From: Candidatus Heimdallarchaeota archaeon
GTDB taxonomy: Archaea; Asgardarchaeota; Heimdallarchaeia; JABLTI01
Assembly: GCA_019056785.1 (NCBI GenBank)
Contig: DXJV01000087.1
Coordinates: 1 to 64,000, forward strand
Length of the DNA: 64,000 bases
Reading direction: 5' to 3'
This document shows positions 38,024-47,578 of this stretch, piece after piece. Each line of letters begins with the position of its first letter. Position 1 is the stretch's first letter. The notes under the pieces were generated by a model. It did not search any database, had not been told where the DNA came from, and saw only the letters and a program-made list of their open reading frames with translations. The position numbers were made by a program, and so were the translations under genes.

Positions 38024-38026
38024 GCT

Positions 38027-39271
38027 TCATTTCTCCTTCTTTTTCTTCTTGTCTTCGGCAGATTTCGCTTTCGTCTCTTTTTTTGTTTTAGAGGAGGTTG
38101 TTTTTCCCTCTTTTTTCGCTGTTTTTGTGCTTGTTTCAGCTTTTTTCGATTGGCTCTTCTTAGCAGGAGCAGCAGCATCTTTTTCTTTAGTACTCTTCTT
38201 GGGCTTCTCAGCCGTTTTAGCCGGAGCTTTTTTCTCCTCGCTTTTCTTCTTTGCTTTCGTAGGTTCTTTCTTTGCTTTTGCAAGCTCTTTCTTTGGCTCA
38301 GCTTTCTTCCTCGGTGCAGCAGCTTTTGTCGTTGGTTTTTCTTCTGGTTTCTTTACAGCGGGTTTCTTTGCCGCGGCTTTGGCTTTCTCTTTTTTCGCTG
38401 CTGGTTCTTTTTTCTTAGCTTTCTTCTCTTCACCCGGTTCTTTCTCAATAAGCTCTGATAGCTCTTCAACCTCTAAGTCGAGAGAGGTCTTTTTCGCAAC
38501 GGGTGTCTTTTCTTCTTTAACAGCGACTTCTTTTTCTTTTGGAACTTTTTCAGCCGGGGCTGCAGCTTTTTCAGGAACCGCTTTTGCTTCCTCCGGCTTT
38601 GCAGCTACAGGTTTTTCTTCTTGTACGACTTCCGCTTCTTCTTTTGGACTAACCTCTGTAGTGGGTTCTTCCAGTTTGACGGATTTAATGGTAATTTCAT
38701 CAGGGAGGTCAATATCACCACGCATAATGCTAACTGTCACACCAATCGTGCCCAATTTCATTATAGCAGTAGCATTAGCAGTTTTCACATATTGAGTACC
38801 CACTTCTCCACTCTTTGCAAGAAAGCCCATTCGATAAGCTTCATGCCGAGAGCGTTTACTGGTAAGCTTGCCCGAGATGATAATTTCGCACCCTTTTGCG
38901 CCTGCATTAAGAACACGTCGAAGGACAGAATAGGCGGCCCGACGGCGATGCACCCCTCGCTCAATGGCAGAGACAAGTGTATACGCCATAACCTTCGGAT
39001 TAAGTTCGGGATTGACCACTTCTTTTACTTCGATTTGTGGGTTGTCAATTCCATATTCATTTGCTAAGATGTCAGTGATCATACGGATGTTTTTTCCACG
39101 ACGACCAATGACAATACCGGGTCGTGAAGCATAAATGGTGATACGTTCACCGAGAGGTGTTTTAGTGATTTCCACACCACCATATCCTGCTCTTTGTAGT
39201 TCTCTTGCTAAGAATTCATCAATTCTCGCTTGACGAACGCCTTTCTTAATGAAATGATTAACAGCTGTCAA
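38027..39271 (-). CDS. rps3: Ribosomal protein uS3 with ~210-aa K/E/A/P-rich C-terminal extension
   Basis: RAGYGG, RPGIVIGRRG, GAKGCEIIISGKL; TTG start at 39271 after GAGGT. Confidence 0.95.
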   Translation of the reverse strand: MTAVNHFIKKGVRQARIDEFLARELQRAGYGGVEITKTPLGERITIYASRPGIVIGRRGKNIRMITDILANEYGIDNPQIEVKEVVNPELNPKVMAYTLVSAIERGVHRRRAAYSVLRRVLNAGAKGCEIIISGKLTSKRSRHEAYRMGFLAKSGEVGTQYVKTANATAIMKLGTIGVTVSIMRGDIDLPDEITIKSVKLEEPTTEVSPKEEAEVVQEEKPVAAKPEEAKAVPEKAAAPAEKVPKEKEVAVKEEKTPVAKKTSLDLEVEELSELIEKEPGEEKKAKKKEPAAKKEKAKAAAKKPAVKKPEEKPTTKAAAPRKKAEPKKELAKAKKEPTKAKKKSEEKKAPAKTAEKPKKSTKEKDAAAPAKKSQSKKAETSTKTAKKEGKTTSSKTKKETKAKSAEDKKKKKEK

Positions 39272-39275
39272 TATT

Positions 39276-39737
39276 TTAGACCTCTTCAATTGCTATCTCA
39301 ATATGAGTTAAGTAATTATATTTCGGGGACGATGACCCTTGAGCGCGGGGGAAGAACCGTTTGACGATCATTCCTTTTTGAGAGCAAGCATGAATAATCT
39401 TCATTCGTTCTACATCCAGCCCTTTAAACTCTGCATTGTTTTCAGCGTTTTCAAGAACACTCAGAATCATCTTTGCCGCCTTCACAGGATAGCGACCAGC
39501 AGGCCATTTTGAAAGATCTTTCCGATGAGCGACGTGTTTCTTGTGGCGTTTATAAGGAATAGAACGTTTCATTTTAATGACATCCTCGAGATATTCCTTT
39601 GCCTTGTCAAGAAACATGCCCTTAATATGGTTGCAGATCTCTCGTGCAGCCTTTGGACTGATATCAGCTTCTCTTGCACTGGCAATGGCTGTACGATCCG
39701 GGTCTAAGCCGAAAATCGAATATCCAAATTGTGGCAT
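39276..39737 (-). CDS. rpl22: Ribosomal protein uL22
   Basis: ISPK, GRYPVKAA, NAEFKGLD, PRAQG. Confidence 0.96.
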   Translation of the reverse strand: MPQFGYSIFGLDPDRTAIASAREADISPKAAREICNHIKGMFLDKAKEYLEDVIKMKRSIPYKRHKKHVAHRKDLSKWPAGRYPVKAAKMILSVLENAENNAEFKGLDVERMKIIHACSQKGMIVKRFFPRAQGSSSPKYNYLTHIEIAIEEV

Positions 39738-40245
39738 TTACATTTCCTCGTATTGTTAGTACTTTTTCTCAATAATCGTAAAGACGACTACATTCATTTT
39801 TTTCGAATTGTTTGGGGGGTAAACCCAGTCTTTGATTCATACTTCAATCCAGCGAATCACTCATAGGCAGTTGATTCCTGGAACCTCCAAGAGGCGCGAC
39901 TCCCCTTCTGCATAAACTTGTGCAAGGTCGGAGCCCAATTATGCACACGCTTAGATAAGTTCAGCGCTGCAGTAATCTGAAACAAGAACAGTCTCTTTAA
40001 AAATCTTGTGTCATTTTTCAGCAAAAAAAAGCAAAAATAAACAAAGTAGAAAACTACTAACAGTAAGGGAAAATGCACCCACAATAATTACTTTCTAAGC
40101 TCTTTTTCTGGCTAAAAACAAGTTTGTGAAGAGAAAGGATTAAATAAGTTAGAAAGTAGCTAATAATAATCAAGAAGTATTTACAGCGCGAAAAATGAGA
40201 AATGTCTTTGAAGCATTTTGATTTACGAGCCGGGGGCAATTTAAT

Positions 40246-40542
40246 TTGTCAAAGAATATAAATGATTATGTAATAAGAAGAAAGGATGGCTTGAAAATCT
40301 GCAAAATTTGTCAAGCGATTATTCAAGATGAAATGGATCACATGAAACGCCGGCATCCAAAATATTTGAAATATCTCGAGAAAAGAGAAGAAAACGAAGA
40401 ACGATATATGTGTTGCTATTGTGGTTTATGGGTAAAAAATTGGAGAGAGCACATAAAACAACAACACCCGGAAATTATCGCAGAAGCCGCAAAAAGAGTG
40501 AAACCCGAACCTGAAGAAGAGGAATTTGAATTTACTTTCTAA
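40246..40542 (+). CDS. Small protein with two C2H2-type zinc fingers
   Basis: CKIC-x9-H-x4-H and CYC/CCYC-x9-H-x4-H, each followed by P; acidic C-terminus. Confidence 0.75.
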   Translation: MSKNINDYVIRRKDGLKICKICQAIIQDEMDHMKRRHPKYLKYLEKREENEERYMCCYCGLWVKNWREHIKQQHPEIIAEAAKRVKPEPEEEEFEFTF

Positions 40543-40632
40543 AAACTAAATCCATAAAAGGGCAAAAAAAAAGAGGAAAAAGAAACACTTGGTAGTGCTT
40601 ACCAGAATGTTTCACATGGAGAGCCTTTTCAT

Positions 40633-42708
40633 TTAGGGTGCAACCTGAGAATATTTCCTTGTAATGGCAAATGATTTGAACTCAAAGCCTGTGCCGGTAT
40701 AACCTGCTTTTCCAAAGAATTCCACCCACTGCAAACGCAGGGTTTGAATAAAGGAAAATAGCCCCTCAAGAGCAAGGATTACAAGAGCACCAATAGCAAC
40801 TCCAACATAATTTAATGCACCCAAGTGATGCCCATCACCTACAAAATCTGTGAGTAAGAAAACATGTGAAAGTGCACCATGAACTGCATTCATTGCGAAA
40901 ATTCGCGCATAGCTAACGGTATGGGAAAGTGTAGAAAGAAGGATGTCCAAAATTTCACCAATGCCATTAAACCCATGTGTTACTAGATAAATGGAGAGAA
41001 TGATAATTGGGCCGACAAAAGCTCCTAAAAAGAACCATAGTGAGCTGCCTATTTTAAAGAAGGGGATTTTCTGCCCTCGCCAAGATAAAAGCGCTAAATC
41101 AAAGGTTCCTGAGTTTGTAGCGGAAAACCAATTCATAAAGTTCGACCCGAAAGTAAAGACAAGAATGAATAATGCCCAATGCATAATTGCCCACATTAAT
41201 GTGACCAGAAAAGCTTCTTTATAATGTTTATGTTTGATATTTGTCAGGAATCGCAAAATATAACCAATAGTCATATGGGTCATCCCAATGAGAAGCGATA
41301 ATTCGAGCATTAGAATAACAGATTTCGCCCCGTTGTGTAACTCATTACTTTCAGGGCTGAACCACAAAGCCTTTGGTGCCCCATATTCATGAGTTATTCC
41401 AAAGTATGAACCAAATAAAACACCAAAGATAATAGCTGAAATACCTGACACAATAATGAGCATCGCGCCTGATTTGAAATACCCTTGAATTTCACCCATA
41501 AAGTTATTGGCATTCAGTTTCTTGTTCCTAAGAGTCAAACCATAAATTCCAAGAAGTGTAAATAATGCGCCATGACCAACATCCGCAAACATAATACCAA
41601 ACATGATTGGGAAAAAAATTTGAAGTATAAGAGCAGAATTAAATTCATTATAACCAGGAACACCATAAGCATTTACCAATGTCTGATAAACTCGAGCAAA
41701 TTTTGGTGTAGAGGTCTTTGTCGGAAATTCTGACTCTTCAAAAACAGGTTTAGAAAATTCAATCACTCCGGTTTTCTCAGTTGCAGTGAGAATTGCTTTT
41801 TCAATTTTACTGGTTTTCTTTTTAGGAAGCCAGGCCCAAAAAGCAATATTTCGCTTTGTCGATCGAGTCATATTCTTGATTCGTAAAATATTCTCTTCAA
41901 TTAGTAATTGCTCATAATAAGCAAGAATGAAAGCACCTTTTTCTTCAATAATTTTCTCTGCATCCAAATGATATTCTTTTATTTTTGCCTCTAATTCCTC
42001 AATTTTCCGCAGGCTTTTTTCTTCCACTTTTTTTGGCTCACCAGAAATTCGTTCCGGAATGGTTATCTTTTCAAAGTCATAAGCTATTAATAACCGGTTT
42101 ACATCTTCCTGGTATCTTTCCAAAAAGCCAATAGCCAGAAATGAGTAATTGCCCTCTGTTGAGGACTCTCGAAGGACAAAATTGCTATCTGTTATCGCAT
42201 CAAGGTTCCATTTAAATCGGGGAAGAAGTTTCGTGTTGATACGACCAAAAATCATAGTGAAATATGGACGTTCCTCATCTAAATCTTCGAAGCTAAAGCC
42301 AACGGTTGCTAAATTTCGAGAAATGTCTATAATAGATTTGTTTTTTTGTAACTCTCGTTCTGCAAGAGAAATGCGATCGTTTAGTTGTTTCAGCTTAATA
42401 ATATATTCCTTATAAAATTGCTGTAATTGTTTTAAAACGTGCTTTGAATCGCGATCATCAATTTCTACCTTCTTTACTCTTTTCCCTACACGTTTTTCTA
42501 CTTCAAAATCTGCAATTACTTGCTGAAACTCTTCCAAATATTCCTTGATCATTGTGCCATGTTCGTAAGAGGTGATATTAAATGGCTTTTTTTGAATATC
42601 GATTATTTCAATATCCTCACAACTTGAAATGAAACGAAGAAGATTTCTTGAGTATTCAAGGGGAGCAACAACTTTTACTGTCAGCATTCTTTCTGGGACA
42701 AAGCTCAT
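40633..42708 (-). CDS. atpI: A/V-type ATP synthase subunit I (a)
   Basis: YGVPGYNE, FGIMFADVGHG, SYARIFA, RLQWVEFF. Confidence 0.95.
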   Translation of the reverse strand: MSFVPERMLTVKVVAPLEYSRNLLRFISSCEDIEIIDIQKKPFNITSYEHGTMIKEYLEEFQQVIADFEVEKRVGKRVKKVEIDDRDSKHVLKQLQQFYKEYIIKLKQLNDRISLAERELQKNKSIIDISRNLATVGFSFEDLDEERPYFTMIFGRINTKLLPRFKWNLDAITDSNFVLRESSTEGNYSFLAIGFLERYQEDVNRLLIAYDFEKITIPERISGEPKKVEEKSLRKIEELEAKIKEYHLDAEKIIEEKGAFILAYYEQLLIEENILRIKNMTRSTKRNIAFWAWLPKKKTSKIEKAILTATEKTGVIEFSKPVFEESEFPTKTSTPKFARVYQTLVNAYGVPGYNEFNSALILQIFFPIMFGIMFADVGHGALFTLLGIYGLTLRNKKLNANNFMGEIQGYFKSGAMLIIVSGISAIIFGVLFGSYFGITHEYGAPKALWFSPESNELHNGAKSVILMLELSLLIGMTHMTIGYILRFLTNIKHKHYKEAFLVTLMWAIMHWALFILVFTFGSNFMNWFSATNSGTFDLALLSWRGQKIPFFKIGSSLWFFLGAFVGPIIILSIYLVTHGFNGIGEILDILLSTLSHTVSYARIFAMNAVHGALSHVFLLTDFVGDGHHLGALNYVGVAIGALVILALEGLFSFIQTLRLQWVEFFGKAGYTGTGFEFKSFAITRKYSQVAP

Positions 42709-42859
42709 ATTTTTACACCTATTCATAGTCTCAAGTGTTTTGAAAAGAGCTCTAATAAAAAATTTGTGGATGTTCACAAAATTAATCGAAACAGAGAAAG
42801 CTAAAAAGAAAGAGAAGAAAAACAATCATAGAAAATGATTTTCCTGTTTGGTTGGAAAA

Positions 42860-44146
42860 TCATCCAAGTTCGTTAGTAAGAAGCTTTCCTAAGCGTGTGA
42901 TTCCTTCGTAAATCTCATCTTCTTTATTATAAGAATAGCCTAAACGCATAGAATTTGTTTTGGCTTGGGATGAGACTAACTTGCTTCCGTCTTCTTCTAA
43001 AGCCCAACCCTTTATGGGGTAAAAAGCAGCACCAGGAACAAACATAATGTCATTTGGTATTGCAACATCAATCAAGAATTGTTTGGAATTGAACAGTTTC
43101 TCGGACTCATACCAAACAAAAAATCCACCATTTGGTTTAGTGTGTTTTCCTGCTGGAAAGGTTTCTTCGATGCCTTTTAGCATTGCTTCGGAGTTCTTTT
43201 GATATGTACGTAAACATTCAGGGAGGACCTTGTCGATATATTTCTCATAATAAATAGCCATAATCTTTTGAAGGATAGTTGGAGAGCAGAGGTCGAGATA
43301 CCCTTTATCTTTTAACACCTCGTCTTTCAGACCTTTAGGCAGGACAGAATATCCCATCCGTAACACAGCAGCTTCCTTAGATGTTGTACGTAAATAAGCA
43401 ACTCGATTGTTTTCTTTATCCAATGATTTTATTGGTTTAATGGATTCTCCTTTAAATTGGATTTCTTTGTATGCTTGATCTTCGATAAGAAGAAGATCAT
43501 ATTTTTCTGAGATATCAAATAAAGCTTTTCGGCGCGCCCATGGAAGAGTTGTTCCCTTTGGATTATCAGAATCAGGCACGACATACAAGATTTCTGGTTT
43601 CTTCCCAAACTTCTTTTCCGCTAAGGGTATTGCTTTCTCCACAAATTCAGGGATAATACCATCCAGATCAGTTGGGATGGTAACAATTTCAGCACCCATT
43701 TTGAATGCAGGAGCAAGAAAGCCCAAATAAGCAGGGCTCGGGGTGAGAATGACATCACCAGGGTCGATCATAGTATCCAAAATAGCATACAGAGCTTGTT
43801 GGGAGCCTGCCGTTAAAACAACATCCTTCCAGCCGCTTTCTTCGTCGAGGTATAAGCCATCAATGCGTCTCATTCGGTCAGCTAATACGCGCAAACAAAA
43901 TTCTTGCCCTCCAGTCGGCCCATAGTTCCATAATGAGATGGCTTTTCCGTATCTTCCTTCGTCGTAATCACGCTTATTTTCTTCACTGATTTCTACCAAA
44001 ATATCTGATAATGTTTCAATTGGCAATGCACCTGGTAAGCCACCACCGAAATTCCACTTCACTTTGTATTCTAAAAGAGCTCTAATTTCAGATGGGGGTA
44101 ACAGCTTCGTCCATATCGCAAAATCAAATCGGTTGTTTTTAGTCAT
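42860..44146 (-). CDS. PLP-dependent aminotransferase class I/II
   Basis: SEIRALL, FGGGLP, GSQQAL, NPKG, EDQAY, TTSK, LRMGY. Confidence 0.92.
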   Translation of the reverse strand: MTKNNRFDFAIWTKLLPPSEIRALLEYKVKWNFGGGLPGALPIETLSDILVEISEENKRDYDEGRYGKAISLWNYGPTGGQEFCLRVLADRMRRIDGLYLDEESGWKDVVLTAGSQQALYAILDTMIDPGDVILTPSPAYLGFLAPAFKMGAEIVTIPTDLDGIIPEFVEKAIPLAEKKFGKKPEILYVVPDSDNPKGTTLPWARRKALFDISEKYDLLLIEDQAYKEIQFKGESIKPIKSLDKENNRVAYLRTTSKEAAVLRMGYSVLPKGLKDEVLKDKGYLDLCSPTILQKIMAIYYEKYIDKVLPECLRTYQKNSEAMLKGIEETFPAGKHTKPNGGFFVWYESEKLFNSKQFLIDVAIPNDIMFVPGAAFYPIKGWALEEDGSKLVSSQAKTNSMRLGYSYNKEDEIYEGITRLGKLLTNELG

Positions 44147-44407
44147 GATTTTTTCAACCTGTTAATTGGTGATAACTTTCTAAGTAAATTATAACCTTCA
44201 ATTTTTGATTCTAATTTTTTAAACATATACTTCTCAAGAGAGTTAAGATTAACCCTTTAAAAAAATGTTGATTATTAAGAATTAAAAGAATTTTGTAAGA
44301 AAAATAAGTAAAAAACGGCACAGAGATTAGCCGTCTTTAGAGTGCACTTGGTTATTGGGTGTTGGTTTATTGAGCAGCCTTCATGCATTCAACTTCGAAT
44401 CTAGATT

Positions 44408-44764
44408 TTAAGAGATATTTCCTACCAATACAAATGCAATAACAAATCCATAAATGGCAATAGCTTCAATTAATGCCAAAAGGACAAGCATTTTTCCAAA
44501 GGATTCTGGCTTTTCGACAATGGCAGCAGCAGCAGATGCAGCAGCCGTTCCAAGACCTAACGCAGCACCAATGCCGGTCAGTCCAATCGCTAACCCAGCA
44601 CCAAGCGCAATGAGACCTGATTCTGACTCCGCGAGGATGGAGAAATCTGCTCCGGGTGCTCCACCGCTAAAAGCTACAACCACTCTAACGATGGCAGTAA
44701 TACCAATTGCGATGACTACTACTTGAATTGCAATAAAGATCTTTTTTGCTATTGATAATTGAAT
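44408..44764 (-). CDS. atpK: A/V-type ATP synthase subunit K (c), probable ATT start
   Basis: Gly/Ala hairpin, EKPE, catalytic Glu in LIEAIAIYG. Frame open 27 codons upstream of the track GTG to an ATT 7 nt after GGAGGT. Confidence 0.9.
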   Translation of the reverse strand: MQLSIAKKIFIAIQVVVIAIGITAIVRVVVAFSGGAPGADFSILAESESGLIALGAGLAIGLTGIGAALGLGTAAASAAAAIVEKPESFGKMLVLLALIEAIAIYGFVIAFVLVGNIS

Positions 44765-44844
44765 GTTAGTTACCTCCTTAGGGGGGAATTTACTATATAG
44801 CGAATAGACTTTTCATAAAGGGTTTTTAATCTTTACGAAAATTC

Positions 44845-45927
44845 TCACAGTAAGATGATTTTATCAAGAATTTCCTCAGATGCTTTATCATGTATTTTAC
44901 CCAAGATTATCGTACGAAGATTTCGAATTTCTATTTCCTTCAAAAAGAAGAAAGCGGGATAGATGGTTATATTAAAACTTGCACCTCTGAAAATCGAATT
45001 AGCAATATGAACGATATGTTGATCAGCATATAAGTCGAAATTAGCGAGAGGAGTTAAACCAGTTTCAAGATTTGTGATGAGACGATTAGCGAGGTCCTTG
45101 AAAGCAGTTTCCTCTTTTATGAGTTTGAATGTCTCTTCAAAATCTTGTGCAGCGAGGAAACGCTCAAGCAATTGTTGTGAGAGAGGACAAAATTGAGTAT
45201 AGATAAGCCATTTTTTGACCATAGCCGGTTGGATTCCAAAGGCTTTTGATCGCAGAATAATCTCCAAATTTTGAATGCCGATTTGTGCCTCAAAGAATCT
45301 TTTAGCTGATCGGTAATCTGCTCCCTTTAGGGATTGCAGTGTGTTACAAAGGGAATCATAATAAAATTGGTCGATAGCAATGATAAGTGGATAAACAATA
45401 TCCAGATAGCGATATTCTCCAATGACTTTTTCTAATGCAGAACGAAGAGCGGGATTTTCTAAACGGGAAATTAAATCTGGAATGTCTTTTGCTGCAAATA
45501 AGCTCTCTGTTTGGCGATTTTCTTCCTCCGATAGGCTGATAAGCATTCCTCTGGCATCTTCAAACCGATTTGCCCCGTAAAGACCCGAAAGTATGACTTT
45601 TATGTTGTTTAAAAAGAAACGAGAACCAAAAGCGGTAATAAATTGTTGGGAGCGAGGGGGAACGAATTTCCGAAAACTGTTAAATTGATCAACAAAGTTT
45701 TGAGTTAGACGCCGGTCAATTTCAATTAGATTCGGGTAATCTTTAACCATTTCCGAGCCAATTATCTCATGATAGTTTGTTTGCGCAAGCATCTGGCGAA
45801 GATTGTTAAGATCAGTAGCGCTTGCCAAAAGGTTGTATGTACCTGCAGAAAAGAGCATAGTACGTTGTGAGCGCATATAAACATTTAGAGGACCATAATC
45901 TCGAGCATTTTTAAACATCGTCTTCAT
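44845..45927 (-). CDS. atpC: A/V-type ATP synthase subunit C (d)
   Basis: L..TNY, NIKVIL, IDQFYY, NLEIILRSK, KEIEIRNLRTI. Confidence 0.88.
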   Translation of the reverse strand: MKTMFKNARDYGPLNVYMRSQRTMLFSAGTYNLLASATDLNNLRQMLAQTNYHEIIGSEMVKDYPNLIEIDRRLTQNFVDQFNSFRKFVPPRSQQFITAFGSRFFLNNIKVILSGLYGANRFEDARGMLISLSEEENRQTESLFAAKDIPDLISRLENPALRSALEKVIGEYRYLDIVYPLIIAIDQFYYDSLCNTLQSLKGADYRSAKRFFEAQIGIQNLEIILRSKAFGIQPAMVKKWLIYTQFCPLSQQLLERFLAAQDFEETFKLIKEETAFKDLANRLITNLETGLTPLANFDLYADQHIVHIANSIFRGASFNITIYPAFFFLKEIEIRNLRTIILGKIHDKASEEILDKIILL

Positions 45928-46071
45928 CTCTCGAATAATTTGAAGAGTTATCCAGATAAAACATTTTTTAAAGCTTCATCTGAAAATGACTCAACAGTTT
46001 AAAAAAAGAGCTGATTTATAATTCTTTTTGCTCATATCAGTAAAAAGCATTAATTGAAAAAAAGAGGGGAA

Positions 46072-46094
46072 AAGAATTCAACACTTGAATTCTT
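46072..46094 (-). terminator. Perfect 10-bp inverted repeat
   Basis: AAGAATTCAA-CAC-TTGAATTCTT, just past the extended stop of the upstream membrane gene, followed by T-rich sequence on the - strand. Confidence 0.5.
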
Positions 46095-46210
46095 ATTGAT
46101 GACATTCACTACTTCTCAACAATTTCGACGACTTCTTTCTTTTTCTTGGAAAAAGAAGAGGCGATGGATTCCATTGTTGCAGTTATTTCCTTGCTCATCT
46201 GCTTGACAAT

Positions 46211-46993
46211 TCACGCTTTGCCATGGATACGTCGTTTCAACCGATCTGGTAGTATCCATCCAAAGTAATCAATAATAATACTAATACTCGCTGTGATTCC
46301 CCGTAAGGTATGAACTAAACCGACCACAACGGGGATTTGGTGCATATTAGGCATTATATAAAAACTCGAAATCAACGATAATGTCATAATGAGTACAACC
46401 GGTGCCAAGATATAGGTGAATCCTTTTCTTGCCACAGGGTTTTCAACATCACGTTGAATGCAGATGAGTCTGAAAACGATTTGTACATGGATTAATGAAA
46501 AGACAGGCAAATAAATGGCTAAGCCATAAATTATTTGAGGTAAATAGAGGACAATTTCCACGCCCGCTAGAATGAATTTTTGATAAAACCGAGGATTCGG
46601 AACATCAAACATTATTTCTGCGGCCATTAAGGTAATGAAAATCGAGATAACAGCTGTTAAAAATACAGTTGTCATAGCACGAGCGAAATCCTTGTCCTGT
46701 AAAATGTGGCGATTAGAAAAGTAGTAGAAGATGTAAGCAAGAGAATAAAAGAAGGTATACGAAAGAATGAGATACCCCACCCAATGGCTGTCGCCCTGGT
46801 AGAAATAAAGTGTTTCACTTAAAGCCGTGGCAATTTCACCAAAAGCAACAAATAGAAAGCTAATGGTCAACAATAAAGTACCAAGAGTTTTTTTCTTTAA
46901 AAATTGTCGGAACAACAAAAACACGAAAGCAAGTGCAAGAAGCGAAGCAAGATAGGAAATAATCAAAAAATACCATGTGAAAGCTAATCCCAT
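46211..46993 (-). CDS. Multi-pass (~7 TM) membrane protein, probably truncated by a premature TGA
   Basis: Hydrophobic helices; the frame continues past TGA (46213-46211) as IVKQMSKEITATMESIASSFSKKKKEVVEIVEK*. Confidence 0.65.
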   Translation of the reverse strand: MGLAFTWYFLIISYLASLLALAFVFLLFRQFLKKKTLGTLLLTISFLFVAFGEIATALSETLYFYQGDSHWVGYLILSYTFFYSLAYIFYYFSNRHILQDKDFARAMTTVFLTAVISIFITLMAAEIMFDVPNPRFYQKFILAGVEIVLYLPQIIYGLAIYLPVFSLIHVQIVFRLICIQRDVENPVARKGFTYILAPVVLIMTLSLISSFYIMPNMHQIPVVVGLVHTLRGITASISIIIDYFGWILPDRLKRRIHGKA

Positions 46994-46996
46994 AGC

Positions 46997-47533
46997 TTAG
47001 ACCTCCTTTAGCATTTTAATGAACCATGAAAATGAATCATATACACCTTCGCCGGTTCTTGCAGAAGTGGGGAAGCAAGCCCAGGTAATCGGTAAATCGA
47101 TATCCATGAGACCGAATTCTTCGATGAATTCTTTTCGAGAAAGACTATTAGGTAAGTCAACTTTATTTAGCAAGATTAACACAGGTGTTTCTTCGTTGAT
47201 TTGTGTGTTAAGAATGTTGTAGAAAATTTCTTTCGCTTCTGCCAAGCGAACAACATCTGTACTATCAACCACAAACACAAGAGCATCTGACTTTTCATTA
47301 ATTTGATTCCAAAGTCCTCGAAAGTCTTCCTGACCACCAAGATCAAAAACATTTAAACGCAATTTTGGAAAATTAATTGTTTCACGATTTACCCCCATTG
47401 TTGGGATAGTTTCGATAAATTCACCTTTTACCAAATAATTTAGTAGAGTGGTTTTTCCGGCTTTGTCTAAGCCACAAATAGTCATATTTACTTGTTTTGT
47501 CTACTTTTAAAGAGTTTTTATAAAAAAAGACAT
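46997..47533 (-). pseudogene. Arf/Sar-like small GTPase with disrupted N-terminus (GTPase core 46997..47485 intact)
   Basis: GLDKAGKTT, TIPTMG, DLGGQ, NKVD, TSA. ATG 47533 after GGTGA reads MSFFIKTL*K*TKQVNMTICG. Confidence 0.7.
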
Positions 47534-47578
47534 TTCTCAAATCACCTTGATTATTAAAAATATTAGGGGATACAATTT

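Noticed and set aside
31147-38795. Long hydrophobic + strand ORFs (31147, 32866, 37964, 38022)
   Set aside because: Antisense shadows of the Lys/Thr/Ala-rich ribosomal protein tails.
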